From positions 204,001-268,000 of the forward strand of contig CAXHJY010000151.1 in assembly GCA_964016885.1 (NCBI GenBank): a stretch of DNA of 64,000 nt. The letters run 5' to 3'. This DNA is from Eledone cirrhosa (Eukaryota). Below the pieces are notes generated by a model, which made no database searches, was not told the DNA's origin, and saw nothing but the letters and a program-made list of their open reading frames with translations. The first letter of the stretch is position 1. The number at the start of each line of letters is the position of its first letter. Both the position numbers and the translations under genes were made by a program. Below, one piece after another: positions 60,479-64,000 of the stretch.

Positions 60479-63400
60479 CGGAGAGGGAGCGATCCGTCTG
60501 CTTGATTCCGATAACGAACGAGACATTCGTATCCGAAAGAACGTTTGTCTGGAAACTGGTGCAGTCAGTGAGTCGAAAAAAAAATATCTCGGTGGTAGTA
60601 GCAAATATTCGAACGAGACATTCGTATGCGAAAGAACGTTTGTCGGTGGTAGTAGCAAATATTCGAACGAGACATTCGTATGCGAAAGAACGTTTGTCTG
60701 GAAGTGGCGATCCATGCCCGGTGGATAGTTGGTTCCGGGTTTTACTATGATTGTTGCAAAACAGAAACTTAAAGGGATTGACAGAATTTGCGATTCCGGA
60801 GAGGGGGCGATCCGTCTGCTTGATTCCGATAACGAACGAGACATTCGTATCCGAAAGAACGTTTGTCTGGAAACTGGTGAGTCAGTGAGTCGAAAAAAAA
60901 AATATCTCGGTGGTAGTAGCAAATATTCGAACGAGACATTCGTATGCGAAAGAACGTTTGTCGGTGGTAGTAGCAAATATTCGAACGAGACATTCGTATG
61001 CGAAAGAACGTTTGTCGGTGGTAGTAGCAAATATTCGAACGAGACATTCGTAGGCGAAAGAAAAATATCTCGGTGGTAGTAGCAAATATTCGAACGAGAC
61101 ATTCGTATTCGAAAGAACGTTTGTCTGGAAGTTGCGATCCATGCCCGGTGGATAGTTGGTTCCGGGTTTTACTATGATTGTTGCAAAACAGAAACTTAAA
61201 GGGATTGACAGAATTTGCGATTCCGGAGAGGGGGCGATCCGTCTGCTTGATTCCGATAACGAACGAGACATTCGTATCCGAAAGAACGTTTGTCTGGAAA
61301 CTGGTGAGTCAGTGAGTCGAAAAAAAAATATCTCGGTGGTAGTAGCAAATATTCGAACGAGACATTCGTATGCGAAAGAACGTTTGTCGGTGGTAGTAGC
61401 AAATATTCGAACGAGACATTCGTATGCGAAAGAACGTTTGTCTGGAAGTGGCGATCCATGCTCGGTGGATAGTTGGTTCCGGGTTTTACTATGATTGTTG
61501 CAAAACAGAAACTTAAAGGGATTGACAGAATTTGCGATTCCGGAGAGGGGGCGATCCGTCTGCTTGATTCCGATAACGAACGAGACATTCGTATCCGAAA
61601 GAACGTTTGTCTGGAAACTGGTGAGTCAGTGAGTCGAAAAAAAAATATCTCGGTGGTAGTAGCAAATATTCGTATGCGAAAGAAAAGATCTCGGTGGTAG
61701 TAGCAAATATTCGAACGAGACATTCGTATGCGAAAGAACGTTTGTCGGTGGTAGTAGCAAATATTCGAACGAGACATTCGTATGCGAAAGAACGTTTGTC
61801 TGGAAGTGGCGATCCATGCCCGGTGGATAGTTGGTTCCGGGTTTTACTATGATTGTTGCAAAACAGAAACTTAAAGGGATTGACAGAATTTGCGATTACG
61901 GAGAGGGGGCGATCCGTCTGCTTGATTCCGATAACGAACGAGACATTCGTATCCGAAAGAACGTTTGTCTGGAAACTGGTGAGTCAGTGAGTCGAAAAAA
62001 AAATATCTCGGTGGTAGTGGCAAATATTCGAACGAGACATTCGTATGCGAAAGAACGTTTGTCGGTGGTAGTAGCAAATATTCGAACGAGACATTCGTAT
62101 GCGAAAGAACGTTTGTCTGGAAGTGGCGATCCATGCCCGGTGGATAGTTGGTTCCGGGTTTTACTATGATTGTTGCAAAACAGAAACTTAAAGGGATTGA
62201 CAGAATTTGCGATTACGGAGAGGGGGCGATCCGTCTGCTTGATTCCGATAACGAACGAGACATTCGTATCCGAAAGAACGTTTGTCTGGAAACTGGTGAG
62301 TCAGTGAGTCGAAAAAAAAATATCTCGGTGGTAGTAGCAAATATTCGAACGAGACATTCGTATGCGAAAGAACGTTTGTCGGTGGTAGTAGCAAATATTC
62401 GAACGAGACATTCGTATGCGAAAGAACGTTTGTCGGTGGTAGTAGCAAATATTCGAACGAGACATTCGTAGGCGAAAGAAAAATATCTCGGTGGTAGTAG
62501 CAAATATTCGAACGAGACATTCGTATTCGAAAGAACGTTTGTCTGGAAGTTGCGATCCATGCCCGGTGGATAGTTGGTTCCGGGTTTTACTATGATTGTT
62601 GCAAAACAGAAACTTAAAGGGATTGACAGAATTTGCGATTCCGGAGAGGGGGCGATCCGTCTGCTTGATTCCGATAACGAACGAGACATTCGTATCCGAA
62701 AGAACGTTTGTCTGGAAACTGGTGAGTCAGTGAGTCGAAAAAAAAATATCTCGGTGGTAGTAGCAAATATTCGAACGAGACATTCGTATGCGAAAGAACG
62801 TTTGTCGGTGGTAGTAGCAAATATTCGAACGAGACATTCGTATGCGAAAGAACGTTTGTCTGGAAGTGGCGATCCATGCTCGGTGGATAGTTGGTTCCGG
62901 GTTTTACTATGATTGTTGCAAAACAGAAACTTAAAGGGATTGACAGAATTTGCGATTCCGGAGAGGGGGCGATCCGTCTGCTTGATTCCGATAACGAACG
63001 AGACATTCGTATCCGAAAGAACGTTTGTCTGGAAACTGGTGAGTCAGTGAGTCGAAAAAAAAATATCTCGGTGGTAGTAGCAAATATTCGTATGCGAAAG
63101 AAAAGATCTCGGTGGTAGTAGCAAATATTCGAACGAGACATTCGTATGCGAAAGAACGTTTGTCGGTGGTAGTAGCAAATATTCGAACGAGACATTCGTA
63201 TGCGAAAGAACGTTTGTCTGGAAGTGGCGATCCATGCCCGGTGGATAGTTGGTTCCGGGTTTTACTATGATTGTTGCAAAACAGAAACTTAAAGGGATTG
63301 ACAGAATTTGCGATTACGGAGAGGGGGCGATCCGTCTGCTTGATTCCGATAACGAACGAGACATTCGTATCCGAAAGAACGTTTGTCTGGAAACTGGTGA

Positions 63401-64000
63401 GTCAGTGAGTCGAAAAAAAAATATCTCGGTGGTAGTGGCAAATATTCGAACGAGACATTCGTATGCGAAAGAACGTTTGTCGGTGGTAGTAGCAAATATT
63501 CGAACGAGACATTCGTATGCGAAAGAACGTTTGTCTGGAAGTGGCGATCCATGCCCGGTGGATAGTTGGTTCCGGGTTTTACTATGATTGTTGCAAAACA
63601 GAAACTTAAAGGGATTGACAGAATTTGCGATTACGGAGAGGGGGCGATCCGTCTGCTTGATTCCGATAACGAACGAGACATTCGTATCCGAAAGAACGTT
63701 TGTCTGGAAACTGGTGAGTCAGTGAGTCGAAAAAAAAATATCTCGGTGGTAGTAGCAAATATTCGAACGAGACATTCGTATGCGAAAGAACGTTTGTCGG
63801 TGGTAGTAGCAAATATTCGAACGAGACATTCGTATGCGAAAGAACGTTTGTCTGGAAGTGGCGATCCATGCCCGGTGGATAGTTGGTTCCGGGTTTTACT
63901 ATGATTGTTGCAAAACAGAAACTTAAAGGGATTGACAGAATTTGCGATTCCGGAGAGGGGGCGATCCGTCTGCTTGATTCCGATAACGAACGAGACATTC
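60479..64000 (+). repeat. rRNA-derived mosaic satellite (copy 2, runs off the window)
   Basis: Unit markers at 60729, 61156, 61473, 61831, 62148, 62574, 62891, 63249, 63566. Confidence 0.92.

Overview
Repeat-dominated animal genomic DNA. The SINE and RTE families, AT microsatellites and divergent rRNA suggest an octopod cephalopod, but this is inference only. No host protein-coding gene is recognisable. The window covers about 1.4 copies of a ~45.2-kb near-identical tandem macro-repeat (1-~18.5k recurs at ~45.2k-64k). Each unit holds a 5'-truncated CR1-type LINE with an intact 921-aa ORF2, many LINE/SINE/MITE fragments, and a collapsed rDNA-like cassette. That cassette runs: telomere-like (TAACCC)n, 169-bp GC-rich spacer repeats, the first ~185 nt of 18S, a 3.4-kb tandem array, the 3' end of 28S, then an orphan histone-type stem-loop. 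The array monomer is a scrambled mosaic of short conserved 18S and 28S motifs joined at microhomologies. The middle of the unit carries two arrays of a 1584-bp higher-order satellite built from ~500-bp-armed palindromes, the first ending at a Helitron-like terminus. All rRNA and TE identifications are from remembered consensus motifs, not from searches.
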